Assembly (NCBI RefSeq): GCF_006345805.1
Contig: NC_042999.1
Coordinates: forward strand, 18,848,001-18,912,000
DNA length: 64,000 bases
Direction of reading: 5' to 3'
Origin: Octopus sinensis
Lineage: Eukaryota
The notes under the pieces are model-generated. The model was not told the DNA's origin. It saw nothing but the letters and a program-made list of their open reading frames with translations, and did not search any database. Positions 1 to 13,873 of the stretch are shown here, piece after piece (positions within the stretch are counted from its first letter, which is position 1; every line of letters begins with the position of its first letter). Made by a program: the position numbers and the translations under genes.

Positions 1-1764
1 ACCACAGCATGATGTCTTTTGACATGTCTTTTTAATCCTCCAACTGAACGGCACATTTTTTTCACACGTTGCACATGTTCTGTTCTGAGCAATATTACAT
101 ATGTTAAAAGGATTTGTTCAGAGAAAAATATATTAAGTCAAAAACAAATGGAGATGTTTTGGACAAAATTGTTAGTGTAAATTCTGGAGGGATACGGAAT
201 TTTATAAAGTGAAGTAGCCGTGTTGTAATAATCTGATCATTAGGAATACATCATACATTTTTCCCCATTGAGCACCCAAAACATATCTTTTTTGGCGATG
301 TCTGTAACTATTAATCATATATTCCTACGGCTGTACATAGATATTCATTTTTTAATTGCTTCTATGTATCACGGAGTGCTGCGGTCAAAATATGCGATAG
401 TTTAGAGCAAACAAAACTTAGCATTCATAGAGCAAACTAGGTTTAAGTGTACAGAAATAGAGGATGTTCGCATTTGGGACTCATGTAATCAAACACCTGT
501 TCTAGTCACCGGAAGTGTGACTTGGACATTTCAAACTATTTCCTATATTCTAAAGTGTTCTCATGATGTTGTACATTTCATATCCCAGTTAGGTCCCCTC
601 TTCTTTATTGCAAAACATTTCCAAAGATATAAAGAAAGATCAGTACTGCAGCTACAGTGGGTGGAGGAAAAGAGATACAACGCGGTCATTGTTTTTATTT
701 GGGCTGCACTTTTCCTTCTGCTCTACTATCTTTATAGACTCTAAAACCGGAATGGTTCAACAAGGTTAAGCGCTGACTTCAGTAACACACTAAAGCTACC
801 CCACTGGAAAATGTAATGGAGATAGACCTTTCAAAGAGTGATGTTCACCTGTTCCATTAAATGATGAACGGTTTTGTTTTATCTTGATATGGAAGCAGCT
901 GTTTATTCAACAGACACGCAGGGAAGTTTATTCTATGATAGAATCAGAGTGACCCAGCAAAGCTTTCAGTTATAGGCACAACCGATCCGTCGTTCTTCCT
1001 AGTTTTCTTTTTTTACCTCAGCTGTTATAATATACTTATTGAAACGGATCGAAGCTTTCGTAAAAGCAGTTATATAAAAGGTCCTGTAAGCACATTATAG
1101 TCAGGAACGTACGAATTATTAGCAAAGTCTTCTACCGCTCTGAAACTCTTGAGAGCAGCGTTTAATAAAAATATTATTATTTCATATCCACTATTCTCAA
1201 TTTTAAGTATTTTTCTTTAAGAAAACCATTTTATAATAAAAGTTATAAAGAAGTAAGTAATTTCTAGTGATCTACAAAACAAAGACTCGTACTAAGTTTA
1301 ACTGAAGCGAGTTTAGATGCACATCATTGTCACTGGCAAGTGTATTTTTTCTATTTTTAAAACAGGTATATGGAAATTGGTACAATCCAATTAATTAACA
1401 CGAAATCAGTTTAATGACATAACAAAATATCATTAACAGAAACACATTAGTTAATGAACTGTCAAGTGCAGTAATTGTATGGAGATACATTCATTAAATT
1501 ATACAGATTAGGTAACTGAAATATGTAATTAGTATTTTTAACAATACCATTTTCTTTTAATCCCTGCTCTGTATAGTATACTAGTGAAGTAATATATCAT
1601 CGCCATACAATATAAATTATATATTATAATGAAAGCGAGTAATATCTTGTTCCATTTGCCAAGATTACATGTATACATTTCATATAAATCGCTTGATAAA
1701 ATATGTACGTTGTGTGCGCGTGTGTATGTGCGTACGTGCAGGCAAACATACATATGCACACGTG

Positions 1765-2091
<327 letters not shown>

Positions 2092-5000
2092 GTAAGGAGA
2101 AAGAAAGGAAAAGAAAGAGAGACAATATCGCGTTTATTAATGCTAAAGTAACTTTCATTAAACGAATTTAGTGGAACGACGCCCACGGCAATATGTGGCA
2201 TCAGCTTTCTCTAATGGAGCCAATCAAGCAGTGCATTTTATGCAAAATGTTTCTTATGTAACGATTGAAAGAATTATCTAGATATATGTTAACTTAACAG
2301 GCAGGATTGTCACAGGAAATGTGTTATCACAAATCGTGTACACCCAGACACAGGATTGTCACAGGAAATGTTTTACCACAAATTATATAACACTAAGATT
2401 CACATCGGACTGTAGCGGTACTGAAATCCAAAATGACTAGTGCGGATAACCATTTTCTTTAGCCGAATTCAACGAAAATAAAAGAAACTCATAGAATATA
2501 CGATATATCAATATAATCTGCAGGAATCTTACTAAATCTTTAGGATTGAGAACTAAAACTACTTGCTATTTCAGTCATGCTACTTATTTGTTCAAATTTC
2601 TATTCCATTAGAGAAAAACCGTTTTTACGGACAAAAATATATCCTGATAAAATTGTAAATAGCGATATATTACCTGTTTTCAAGAAGAATTGAAAGCTTA
2701 AGATAAATAATTGATTTCTACTTTCATTATCCAACTTCTATAAAAATTAAAACTTACTTTGTTATATATTTTATAGCGTTGCTATATAATTCTTACGCCT
2801 AAACTCTATTCAATATATTCTCAGACGAAGATATGCTACAAATCGTTATTCAAATTACCAAACTATTATAAACTTCCTGCCTACTAAAGAACACAATTCC
2901 TGATATACAATTTGACTTTATTCTATGTTAACAGAAAATCAAACAATTCTTATTCAGAGAATATACAATTGCAGTATACGAACTGATATTTTGGACTGTT
3001 TTAATTTTTTTTTCTTCGAATTGGAAACATTTTACATCATTGTTTGTGAATGTGAATGCAGACAACATATATATTAACATTTCTGTTTTGTTTCTTTTAG
3101 AATCATTTCATTAGGATGTTAATCTATTCATAACATTACTGAAGCAATTATGCCAGAAGAATAAAGCGTCAGTATATTAAATATCACTCGCCAAACGTTT
3201 AGCATTGGCAAAATGTCACCGGAGTGAAAGAAATAGCATTAATGTAAATTTCTTCTACGCACAATTTATGAAACCTTCAAATCACGATTGAAAAAATAAA
3301 GATGGAGAATTAAAAAAAAGCGATACAAATCTAATTCAATGCTTACGCTATTTGTTACCGGGCTCCCCAAATGTTTCTGTGTGCATCTATTTTCTTCTTA
3401 TGATGGTTAAAAAGCTAATACAATCAGAAATTAATTTTACTTTTCAGAGCCAAGTTTTCTAATACTTTTGAAAAGTCATGTATGACCTAGTATTGAATAG
3501 TGGCCCGATATCTAGGACTGTACTATACTGCTAAACATGTATAAAAAGGTACATCAGATGAAACCTAACTTATTAGCAATAAAGGTACAGAGAACGCAAA
3601 AACAACATTTAGCCAACGGATGAACTCATTCCCATCGTCACTCCATGTCAGCACCTCAAACATTATATTCTTCCGCTGCTTTACAGTTGCATGATCTCGT
3701 GTTACTTCCACTCAGAAAATTCTGACTCATTCGTCTATTCCTAACCACTGCAAGCAGTCTTTTTTTCCCATATACGCATGGCTTTTTCTACTACTACTAC
3801 AACCTCTGTTAGTAAGCCAATACCGGTTGTTCTGTGATGCATGTAATCAAAGTCCCTTTTACCAAAACAAATGAAATAAAAACAAAATATTCGGTCGGTT
3901 AGTTTATGTTTTTCCTTAATCTCAAAATAGCCCAGCGCTACAGTTAGGCATCGTAATTATTTATTATGAAATGTAATATTATTTTCTGGAGATGACATAG
4001 ACGTTTGGAAATTGGTCTATATAGTTTTCGTTGCTTGCATATTTTCTTGGTTTGTCAGTACATAGTTATATTGCCCATTCATTGTCCATCCACCACTACT
4101 GATAATCCACCGCGTATTATTGCATTATTGGATGCGAGAATTCCATAAATAGCTGGATCCAATAGACTGCAGTCATAAATAGTGTGACCTAGAATGAACT
4201 GAATTAGTTTGTATGGAAATAGAAATGACACTTAGCAGCCAAACAGCTAAGACAGACAATTTATTTTTCGCAAATACTAAAGAAGGAAAAAGCTTGTAAA
4301 TCACTGCCGGATCTCAACAGAGGCGAGATGATTTCAGTGTTATTGCTCATCAATATTTCTTTTTCTAAGGCGCAGAATATTTATCTCTGGCGTAAGCACC
4401 ATTACTGACACTGCAAACAACACCAGCGAATATAAAAATAGGCACTGAAGCTGTTAGGTCTACTGCTATCACAACAACAATGATATTATGGCCATTAATA
4501 TCAACAGGGAGGTACTTTATTATTATCGCCAACACAAGAGAAAAATGCGACTGAATCTTAACCTCGTAATCAGTAGCAACAATCCCTAATAATAGCATTC
4601 ACACTCATAACAAGCTTTAAGTTTGTTACTGTTAAAAGATGACGCTTCCCCTTTCAAAAAGGATAGTTTGTTTTTCATATTAATACTTCAATTGCTTTAT
4701 ATAAGCATTAATATAATGTTTAAAATATCCTGGGTTTATTGGCGTTCTTTTTGACGGTGTTTAGCACATGTCATCTGTGATGGGGTAAAACAGTCTAATC
4801 AAAGCCATATTTCTCGGACCTTGTAACATGAATCTCAACCATCTATGTCTAGTTCATACGTTTTAAGAATGTAGCTTTTTATATGACAGAGGTATTACTG
4901 AAATATTTGGCAGGTTCTCAGATTAGAGATATCTTTTTTCGATAGATGTTTAATGGATTCACGGTAGACTTTTATTTCTGGAATGTAAAATGTCATCTTT

Positions 5001-5891
5001 GATCACCTTAACTAGCGTAATTGTGGCAGTTCCAGCCCAGCCCAACCCAGCCCAGTCCTGACGACTCCTCATTCTTTTCAGATATTGAATCTAGTCCGCC
5101 AATAATCAACTTGTAGTTCATGTATTTTAAAGAATCCAGGTTGTATTATGGAAACTTTTTATTTATTGTATTTATATTGTAGATCATAAGAGTAGAGTAT
5201 GTTTCAATGGCTTCTACGTCACTAGGATCGTACAACATCGTTACAGAAATAAATTATCATATGAGAATATGACATAAATTTATTCCGTAAACGCCACACA
5301 GGAATGTTAATTATGCTACCTAGATGGCGGCAGGTAGACTGAGCTCTTGAGAGACACGTCTTCAGCAAATTGACACCAGGACTATAATAAATATCATAGA
5401 ATTATTTGAAAACACAAGTCCACAGAATTTAGAGAAAGAAATGATTTTGTTGAATAGGCAATTGTTTCTGAGGCATTTTTTCGAGCTAAATGCAGATATG
5501 CTGCTCGTTTTTACCAGCCACGTCAGAATCATTGTGCACACCCTACCTTTACTTTTCACAAAAGATGTAGTTTTCTCTGACTTTATGTCCAGGTCTGACT
5601 TTAGTGCAAATGGTTTAAAGTTTGAAAATTGCTTCAATATTACCACTGATTTGCATAAAATGAGGTAAAATTATAAATATAGCGGATTTTTTACGTAAAT
5701 TGTTTAATTGCAGAAATATTTCCGAAAGAAATTGGGATGTTTTATTTATTCATTTTATATTATTGGCTTACGATACAGAAAATACAAATGGCCTAGGGTT
5801 GTTTCATTTCTATTCATACAGGATCTTAAACACAACATAATCTTCAAATTATATGCAGATGTAATGTTAGATAAAATATATCTTTAAGACA

Positions 5892-6128
5892 ATGAGAGGT
5901 TCACCTCAATCGAAAGAGAGGCGCTTTCTCCGTCCGTATTGCGGATCCGTGGAATAAGCTGCCGGACCAGATAGTGAAGATGCCGACGACCGCACGGTTT
6001 AAAGACTCTCTTGACCAGAAATGGCCTGAACTCTTTGCATGAACACCCACCCTGTACATAACTCCATGTCCCCCTACATGACCTTGCTTTTGCTTTTTGA
6101 GCAAAAAAATCAACTTAACTTAGCTTAA
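5892..6128 (+). mobile_element. CR1-like LINE 3' end (ORF2 C-terminus, 3' UTR, short-repeat tail)
   Basis: Translates RFHLNRKRGAFSVRIADPWNKLPDQIVKMPTTARFKDSLDQKWPELFA*, matching the CR1-type FS.R....WN.LP...V......FK..LD terminus; ends in (AACTT)n-like tail; GC-richer than flanks. Confidence 0.8.
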
Positions 6129-7061
6129 CATATGGACTAACGAATTTTAGTCAATATGTGAAGGAGCGATCTGGAGTTAAAAAACAGAATCATTTATTGA
6201 ACAGAAATAGAGAGGGCACACTCCATTTACTCCCACAAATCCTAGTCAAGTGGAATTGTCAGTATCGGAGCACATTTCCATATATGGTAACTCAGTCGTA
6301 GTTCACCAGTTATTAAACTCATCCACTTACCAATTCTGGGAGCAACTACTATGTAGTTGGTCGAAATAGCAGCTAATTCTTCATGATATCAGGTGATAGT
6401 AAAGTCTGAATAGTATTTGTATCATATTTCTAAACTTGTTCATCGTGGATTTCGATAAATGTCTCGTCCTAAATTCAATATCATATGAATATTCTGTTTA
6501 GAATTGTTCAGTACACAGAATAGAAATAAAGATAATTGCAATTCTATTGGAACAGTAATTATAAACGGATATTATTTCAATGAATTCCAGGCCTTATCAC
6601 CCGAGTCTAGTAGACTTCCTTTCTTCTTACTTCCTACACATCACGCCAAGAAATTTGTGATACAACTTTGCACGTTTGCATAACATCGGTTTATTTTTAC
6701 AAAACAATTTACTTGAATTATTTTATCAACACTGGGCAAGAACAAAAGATTCATCACAGTTTCGAAGTACGATGCTATGAATGTATCCTTCGGAGTTTCT
6801 GAATCTTCTCATTGTAACGATATATTTATTCCATTCTAGGTTTTATTCACGAGATATTTTCAGACTCACATTAGCAAGTTAAAGATGCATTCAAGGAATA
6901 TACATCCACGCACATCGGCTAAACAATTCTCTATCAAATAGTTAGTTTAACTTAAAACATTGGCATTGCTATATTTTTTTCCTAAAGTCCTTATCGATGG
7001 TGTTGATAATTTAGTAAATAAATGTACGGGGATTGAATCACTTTGATTTCATACTTATGAG

Positions 7062-7152
7062 AATACACATATACACATACAAATATATATATATACATAT
7101 ATATGTATGCATATATATTTGTATATATATGTATTTATATATATATATTTGC

Positions 7153-7196
<44 letters not shown>

Positions 7197-7197
7197 T
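7062..7197. repeat. (TA)n + (TAA)n microsatellite
   Basis: Direct reading. Confidence 0.9.
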
Positions 7198-7259
7198 TAG
7201 GGAATATAATTCCGAACTTACAGCGACAAATTCACTTTAGCAATTCTAAATCAAATGTC

Positions 7260-7290
<31 letters not shown>

Positions 7291-8279
7291 CATTTAGAGA
7301 ATAACCTCTATTAAACAATTCAATATTGAAAGACTATATTCACACCACATAGAAAAAGTTAAATATAATATAGAAAACATTATTCTAAAATTCAATAGAG
7401 TGCATTAACAATAATTAGTAAATAGACTACGCGTGGTTCGTGGTTTCACAGTATATGAATATACGGAGCTGTGGAATTGAATCTAACTCAAGTGAATTAA
7501 GAAGTGAATTCCTTAACTATGTCTTTTGTATTAATAGTTTACAAATCATTATATAATTGAAGTCTTTACAGTGTTGTATGTTTAACATTCTTATACTGAC
7601 TTAAATCTGGCTAAATCTTCAAACACCTCAAAACACTTTTCGTAAATATAGATATGAGTAACGTTAGAGCCTTATGAAGTTCTACAAATAAGTCAACTTA
7701 AGAAAGATTAATTATAGAAATGTATATTTATCCATAATTCTGATACTACATATACCCCAGACTAATTCGATTTATCATTCTATGTTATGAATTCAGAATA
7801 CACACGGCTTCAACGATTAAATGACAGTATGCTGTTCCTATCAACTAATCCAACACCAGAAAATATATTTCTGTCGTGTGCGTACTTGATGTAACTAGCC
7901 AATTTATTTGATTTACAGTTGATGATAACAAGACGTGATCATTGTGTAAGTGAATCTGATGCAATGAGGCAGAAGAGACTATCACAAAAGTTTTATTAGG
8001 TGAAGTAAATAGTTAAGAATTATACAGAAAAGAGTGGGTTGTCAGGATATTTTTTATCCCACGTTTCCAACGGTTTGTTTTGATCTCGATAAACGGTAGC
8101 AAGGATGAGCAGCTGCTGCTGGAAAATTTAAATATGAGAGAGGCAACGTTATTTTGTTCCAATTTAAAACTGCAATTCTATTTTTCAGTTATAGGAATAT
8201 CTATTGATTACTGTACATGTATATGTGTGTTTATGTTTGTGGATGCGTGTGTCTACGTGTGTGTGCGTATTGATGCTTA

Positions 8280-8331
8280 TAATATATATTATATATATAT
8301 ATAATATATATATATATATATTATATATATA

Positions 8332-8395
<64 letters not shown>

Positions 8396-8474
8396 TATAT
8401 ATATATATATATATATATATTAATATATATATATGCATATATATATATATATATATATTAATATATATATATAT
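8280..8474. repeat. (TA)n microsatellite
   Basis: Direct reading. Confidence 0.95.
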
Positions 8475-8569
8475 CAGGTTTTGTTGAATTTTCCGCTGAC
8501 TTAAATAAAGCATATTACTCTACCACTAGTATTTGAGTACCTTGTTTCACATTTATGTGTTTACTCCGG

Positions 8570-8604
<35 letters not shown>

Positions 8605-8731
8605 TATAATATATATATATATAATATATATATAACGGGAAGCTTTATGAAAATAGACAAAAGACGAAGGCAGGTGGAAAACAAACGAACAATTGTATTA
8701 GTATGGCGCTCAAGAAATATAAATAAAACAA

Positions 8732-8768
8732 GTCTTAACGTTTCGAGCCTACGCTCTTCAACAGAAAG
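8732..8768 (-). ncRNA. Minimal hammerhead-like motif in PLE pLTR (variant core UUGAAGA)
   Basis: Minus strand CTTTCTG-TTGAAGA-GCGTAGGCTC-GAAACGTTAAGAC; palindromic AACGTT at stem III position. Confidence 0.6.
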
Positions 8769-8934
8769 ATACACAGAGAGAAAAAAAACAGAAAGAAGGA
8801 GAGAGAAAAAATGCGTGCAGTAGCTAACGAATCAACATGGCGATCTGATTTCGGCCAGAGGTCAAAGATCAAACATGAGACGCGAGAGCGAAATAAGGGG
8901 AGATAATAGGGTTGATAATATGGTTGAAGGACCA

Positions 8935-9300
8935 GCTAATAGTGCGTAGGAGGGGTCTGGACGTGTGTATGTATAGGGTGGGTGTGTATGTATTAGTATG
9001 TGTATAAGGGTGTGTGTGTGTGTGTGTGTGTGTATGAGAGAGTATTAGTGCGTAGGATTGGTGTGGACGTGCGTATGTATGGGGTTGGTGTATGTAATAG
9101 TATGTATTAGTATGTATTAGTACGTATTAGTATGTATAAGTGTGTGTGTGTGTGTGTATGAGAGAGTATAAGTGCGTATGAGGGGTCTGGACGTGTGTAT
9201 GTATAGGGTTGGTGTATGTATTAGTATGTATTAGTATGTATTAGTACGTATTAGTATGTATTAGTTGGTGTATGTATTAGTATGGCACATCATATATGAT
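8935..9300. repeat. Imperfect ~110-bp tandem units with (TG)n and (TATTAGTATG)n inside PLE 3' region
   Basis: ggacgtgtgtatgtatagggt recurs near 8960, 9065, 9190; tattagtatg decamer repeats. Confidence 0.8.
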
Positions 9301-10041
9301 GTGATGTGTGAAGTCATGTGGTGTAGTGAGGAGAAGAGGGGGGAGAAGGGGGGAGGAGAGTGGGAGGAGGGGGAGGAGAGGAGGGGGGAGAGAGGAGGGG
9401 GGAAGGAAGGGGAGGAGGGGAGGAAAGAGGGAGAGGGGGAGGAGTGGGGGAGCAGAAGGAAGGGGAAGAGGGAAGGAGGGAGGGAGAAAGAGGGAAGAAG
9501 GGAAGGGGAGTAGGGGTGAAAGGATGAAGGAATGAAGAAGTAGGGGTCGGGGGAAAGGATAGGTGAGGAGGGGGGGAGGGTTGATTAGAGGGGGAGAGGG
9601 GGGAGAGTTGAGACCAAATGGCGTATAAGAGCGAAGAGAGAAGATTAATTCCTGTTCACGGCGCAAACGGGAATCCGGATGGCCTCTGTGTAAGGACAAA
9701 CCGAACACAGATAGGTGTTGCAAGGAGTGACCGGTGGAGCGGAAATGGCGTGAGACCGGTGTGTCGTTCGCAAGGTGGATGTCACGAAGGTGTTCCGCGA
9801 ACCGGTCAGCCAAGCGGCGTCCCGTTTGTCCGATGTACAAGGAATTGCAGAGAGAGCAAGAGATGCAATAGATAATACTGCTGGAGGTGCAGGTGAAGGA
9901 GTGGATGATGGGATAGGGTCGATGGTGGCTGCTAGTGAGGCGGGTGGTGTTGGAGAGGTAAGGGCAAGTGCGGCAACGTGGGCGGGAGCAGGGGAACGAG
10001 CCGGGTTGGGAGGTAGGGTCAGGGAAGGAGCTATGGACCAA
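9277..10041 (-). pseudogene. PLE GIY-YIG endonuclease with upstream Cys-rich linker (C-terminal part of frameshifted RT-EN ORF)
   Basis: CSRPRCRTC linker, FTCTSSSIIYCISCSLCNSLYIGQTGRRLADRFAEH...PVSRHF...REQELIFSLRSYTPFGLN: PLE GIY-YIG motifs. The Pro/Leu tail (9277-9600) is low-complexity. Confidence 0.93.
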
Positions 10042-10329
10042 AAGGTCTCGAAGGTTGTGGGCTCGTTTGAAAGAGGGGAGGGGTCGGTTAGGGAAGAGGT
10101 GTGAAGTGGACGGGTCGGACTGGAGATGACGGAAAGCTCGAAGAATGGTGCGTTGGAGACGTAGGGTCGTGGGGTGGTAAGGTAGGGAGTGAGGGGAAAA
10201 GGGAGGCGGAGACTACAGGGCGGGTTCGGGGAGAGAGAGCAGATACACGGTCCACGGACCGTGCTCTGGCAAGGGCGGTGTGGATAGTGGTGAGGGGGAT
10301 CCACGTAGGGTGAAGTGGTGAGCCATACG

Positions 10330-11093
10330 TTGAGACTGAGTCTCAAAGTCATGGTCGTCACTACAGAGCCTACGTAGACGGAGGAATTGGGAATAGGGGA
10401 TGGAAAGCTTGGTGTGTTCTGGGTGGGAGGAAGAGAAGTTGAGGTATGAGTGTGAGTCTGTGTGTTTGTAGTGAATGGAGGTGGTAAGAGTGGAGTGAAG
10501 AATGCTAACCGAAATGTCGAGGAAGGAGACAGAGGTGTTGGAGATCGTGGAAGTGAAGTGGAGGGCTGGATGGAAAGATTGGACGAAAGAGAGGAAGGAA
10601 TCTAGATGTTCGCGGGAGAGTGAGGTGGCACCGATAATGTCGTCGATGTAACGACCATATAGTTCGGGAGTGGGACCAGTGAAATTAGAGAATATTTGGG
10701 CTCAACATAGCCAACGAACAGGTTCGCATAGTTGGGGCCCATTCGCGTTCCCATGGCCACTCCCGAGACCTGATGGTAGAACTCGCCCGCGAACGAGAAG
10801 CAGTTCAGAGTAAGGACAAGTTCGGCCAGACGAATGAGTGTGGAGGTGTCAGGTACAGGGTTAGAGCGGAGATCAAGAAAGTGTCGAAGGGCCTGCAGTC
10901 CTTCGTGGTGAGGGATAACAGTATAGAGGCTTTGGATGTCCATAGAAAAGGATTTTGGAGGAGCCGGGAGGAAAGGAGAAAGAGTTGAAAAGCCGGAGAG
11001 CATGGTTGGTATCGTGGATGTGGGAGGGAAGAGATGCCACTAGGGGGGCAAGGACACGGTCGAGGTATTTAGAGATGAGCTCCGTGGGGCAGT
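10330..11093 (-). pseudogene. PLE reverse transcriptase (frameshifted, N-terminally truncated)
   Basis: CPTELISKYLDRVLAPLV, MDIQSLYTVIPH, LNCFSFAGEFYHQVSGVAMGTRMGPNYANLFVGYVE then, after a 1-nt shift near 10700, QIFSNFTGPTPELYGRYIDDIIG (YIDD catalytic motif ~10640-10651) and SFLDI downstream. Confidence 0.93.
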
Positions 11094-11139
11094 TATATAT
11101 ATATATATATGCATGTATATATATATACATACATACATA

Positions 11140-11207
<68 letters not shown>

Positions 11208-11321
11208 CATATGCGTATGTGCGCGTGTGTATATATATAATGAGAATTTACCAAAAACAAAAGATGAAGACAGGTTTGTAAACAACAAACATGTTTGTAT
11301 TAGTTATTGCTCGAGAAGTAA

Positions 11322-11358
11322 GTCTTTTACGTTTCGAGCCAACGCTCTTCGACAGAAA
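11322..11358 (-). ncRNA. Second pLTR hammerhead-like motif (core UCGAAGA)
   Basis: Minus strand TTTCTG-TCGAAGA-GCGTTGGCTC-GAAACGTAAAAGAC, homologous to 8732-8768. Confidence 0.5.
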
Positions 11359-11506
11359 TAAACCCGGAGAGAAAGAAAAAGGTTTAGTGGCTAGCAGTCT
11401 ATCATGGCGAATGAGGAAGAGGTAAGTCGATTACATCGACCCCAATGTTCAACTGGTACTTATTGTATCAACCTCGAATGGTTAAAAGGCAAAAGTCAAC
11501 CTTTGC

Positions 11507-11572
<66 letters not shown>

Positions 11573-11919
11573 CAAGTCGAACAACCCTTCTTTTAACTGG
11601 CTTGTGTGTTAAGCAAAAATGTAAAAAAAATTACTATATTATATGTATCATGCAAAGATGTAAGCTACATTTTCTTGATAGCAAATCTGATAGTCATTTC
11701 TATGCATTAGGATATAGTAAACCAAGTCTGTTTACGGTATAAAACGTAATGTAGTGTAATAAATTAAGCATAGTGCTGTACGAATTTGACAGTATATTAG
11801 AGGAATAATTTTGCTACCTTATGATATCATAAGATATAAGGATCTGTACCAATCTGTACCAACTGAAGATGTATACTTATGTGATTGGCATTATTAGTAA
11901 TACATTACACCATTGCAAG

Positions 11920-12022
11920 GATAAAAGTTAACCACTGCGGTATTTGAACTCGGTACGTGAAGACAGGCGAAATGCAGCTAAATATTTCGCCCGGCGTGCT
12001 AACGATTTTGCCATCTCACAGC
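11920..12022 (-). mobile_element. SINE family A, 5' fragment
   Basis: tttgaactc...tttcgcccggcgtgctaacgatt shared with full copies at 15525 and 24316. Confidence 0.7.
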
Positions 12023-12717
12023 CTACAGACAGTGCAAATATTACTGCCCATTATATCCGAATCCTGAACGATTCTGGCAATAAAACCCCTTCAGACGAAA
12101 ATCAGTTCTACTAATTAGAAGCCGGTGGTTTGTTAATTCAGATATTCCAAATTTAATAATATTAACGGAAATTTTCCTCGTAACCTATTTGATTATTGTG
12201 TAATAATTAATATATCTGTCAGATTAATGACACTTCAATACAGCACGGCTAGAGGTAGATAATTATTAATAATTAGTTTCACATATTCATCAATTTGCTT
12301 TCAAATATAAGACAGCATGAGAACTCTTGATATTTGATATCTATATATTTGAATATCTTTCAATCCCTGCGTGTAACGCATAATTAGTCAAATTGTTGGT
12401 TTATAAAGTAAAGTTTTACAACTCAATAAGCAAAAGATCACTTGTTACACGCACGCATGAGCGCTCCCACACAGAGACACATGCACACACACTCATACTC
12501 ACGCACATATACTTGAAATATATTGTTATACTTCCGGATAGTCATGTTCTACCAAATAAATGTTTATACATAAGCATGCACAAATATTACGGAAATGTAC
12601 TTGCATAGCAAGTGACCTGATCAGAAAACGTGTTCTGGAACTAAAACAATTGCAGCGTGGAAGCCATTTAAGAAACACATAAAAACCGTTAGATTCACTT
12701 CAATATTTAAATAAAAA

Positions 12718-12768
12718 TTTGTCAAAATATTTTCGTCGCTTTGAGACCGTGACCTGTTCAATGACAAA
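12718..12768 (-). ncRNA. Hammerhead-topology motif with atypical core (UUGAACA)
   Basis: Minus strand TTTGTCA-TTGAACAG-GTCAC GGTCTCAAA GCGAC-GAAAATATTT-TGACAAA: 7-bp stem I, stem II with one mismatch, GAAA, palindromic AAAATATTTT. Confidence 0.4.
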
Positions 12769-12882
12769 ATTCCATGCTGCCTCTGAGAAAGTAACAGTTA
12801 GTTCACAATATATATGTACGTATGTATGTGCATACATGTATGTGCGCATTCATGTGTGCATACCTATACGCATGTATGTACG

Positions 12883-12884
<2 letters not shown>

Positions 12885-12943
<59 letters not shown>

Positions 12944-12990
12944 ATACATATATATACAAACATATATATATATATACATACATACATATG

Positions 12991-13078
<88 letters not shown>

Positions 13079-13080
13079 AT
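12885..13080. repeat. (TA)n microsatellite
   Basis: Direct reading. Confidence 0.95.
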
Positions 13081-13873
13081 GTATTTCGATTTCTGCAGTT
13101 TCACTATCTCTATCCAGTATATTCCTTTCGTAAGTATCTCGGGTGAATGACCTGTTACCATGTTGCCAAATGTTTTGGTCTGAACCGCTCGTTGATGTGA
13201 ATCACAGATACTTTACACAATTGAATTTCTTGAGTAAAGTAGTTCTTTTATTCAAACCACTGGGGACGGAGAAATCATCTACAGGTTTAGACTTTTAGAA
13301 ATCTCAACCACATTTCCTTTGAATGACATCCTACCTTTTTTTCAGTGGATGATAGCATAATTCTATTGAAGTAATTTGTGCTGGAATACGATGCCTGAAG
13401 CAAGAGACGAAATAGACGTGGGATAAAAGAAAAATAATCGACCAAATGGGAAAAGAGTTGATCGAGAGAAGGTATTGATATTTAGTAGATGCAGTTGTTG
13501 CAGTCGAAAGTTTCTTTAGCCGACATACAAGGTGCTTACTTTTACTTGCCTATGACAGCCCATCAAAGGTGATGCCAGCTAAAATATATAGGATACGGTG
13601 TGGAATTATTCGGTTCTTTGATCCCGGAGTTCAAATTACGATTATATAAATTTAGTATTTCCTTAACTCTAGAATGATAAACTGCAAATTAAATACTAGG
13701 TTGGTGCATTAGAAGAATGGCTAGAGGTTTGGGGCGTGGTTCCTTGCTGTCCTTTTTCTGTAAAGTTTCCTTCTAGTTGCAATGAGGGCATTGACACAAT
13801 TTCAATGTTGTATCAAAACAAAATATGTTGTCTTTGACAAGATATCTTTCAGAGAAGGTACATGTATACACAG

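Larger units (their letters stand above)
8632..11410 (-). mobile_element. Penelope-like element (Neptune-like), 5'-truncated, with pLTR-like repeats at both ends, embedded in (TA)n
   Basis: RT and GIY-YIG remnants on minus strand; 8632-8850 and 11237-11410 are diverged direct copies (aaagacgaaggcaggt/aaagatgaagacaggt ... gtttcgagcc.acgctcttc.acagaaa), each with a hammerhead-like motif; boundaries abut (TA)n. Confidence 0.9.

Noticed and set aside
2302-2383. 33-bp direct repeat caggattgtcacaggaaatg... with 49-bp period
   Set aside because: Two-copy local duplication with no further structure.
5320-5670. Possible Tc1/mariner remnant (TIINIIELFENT)
   Set aside because: Only a vague HTH-like resemblance; no DDE motif or TIRs found.
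8935-9300. Possible CRISPR-like repeat-spacer array
   Set aside because: Units are imperfect tandem repeats without unique spacers; eukaryotic context, no cas genes.
9645-10361. 238-aa ORF and plus-strand ORFs over the PLE
   Set aside because: Alternative frames or antisense of the frameshifted PLE ORF.
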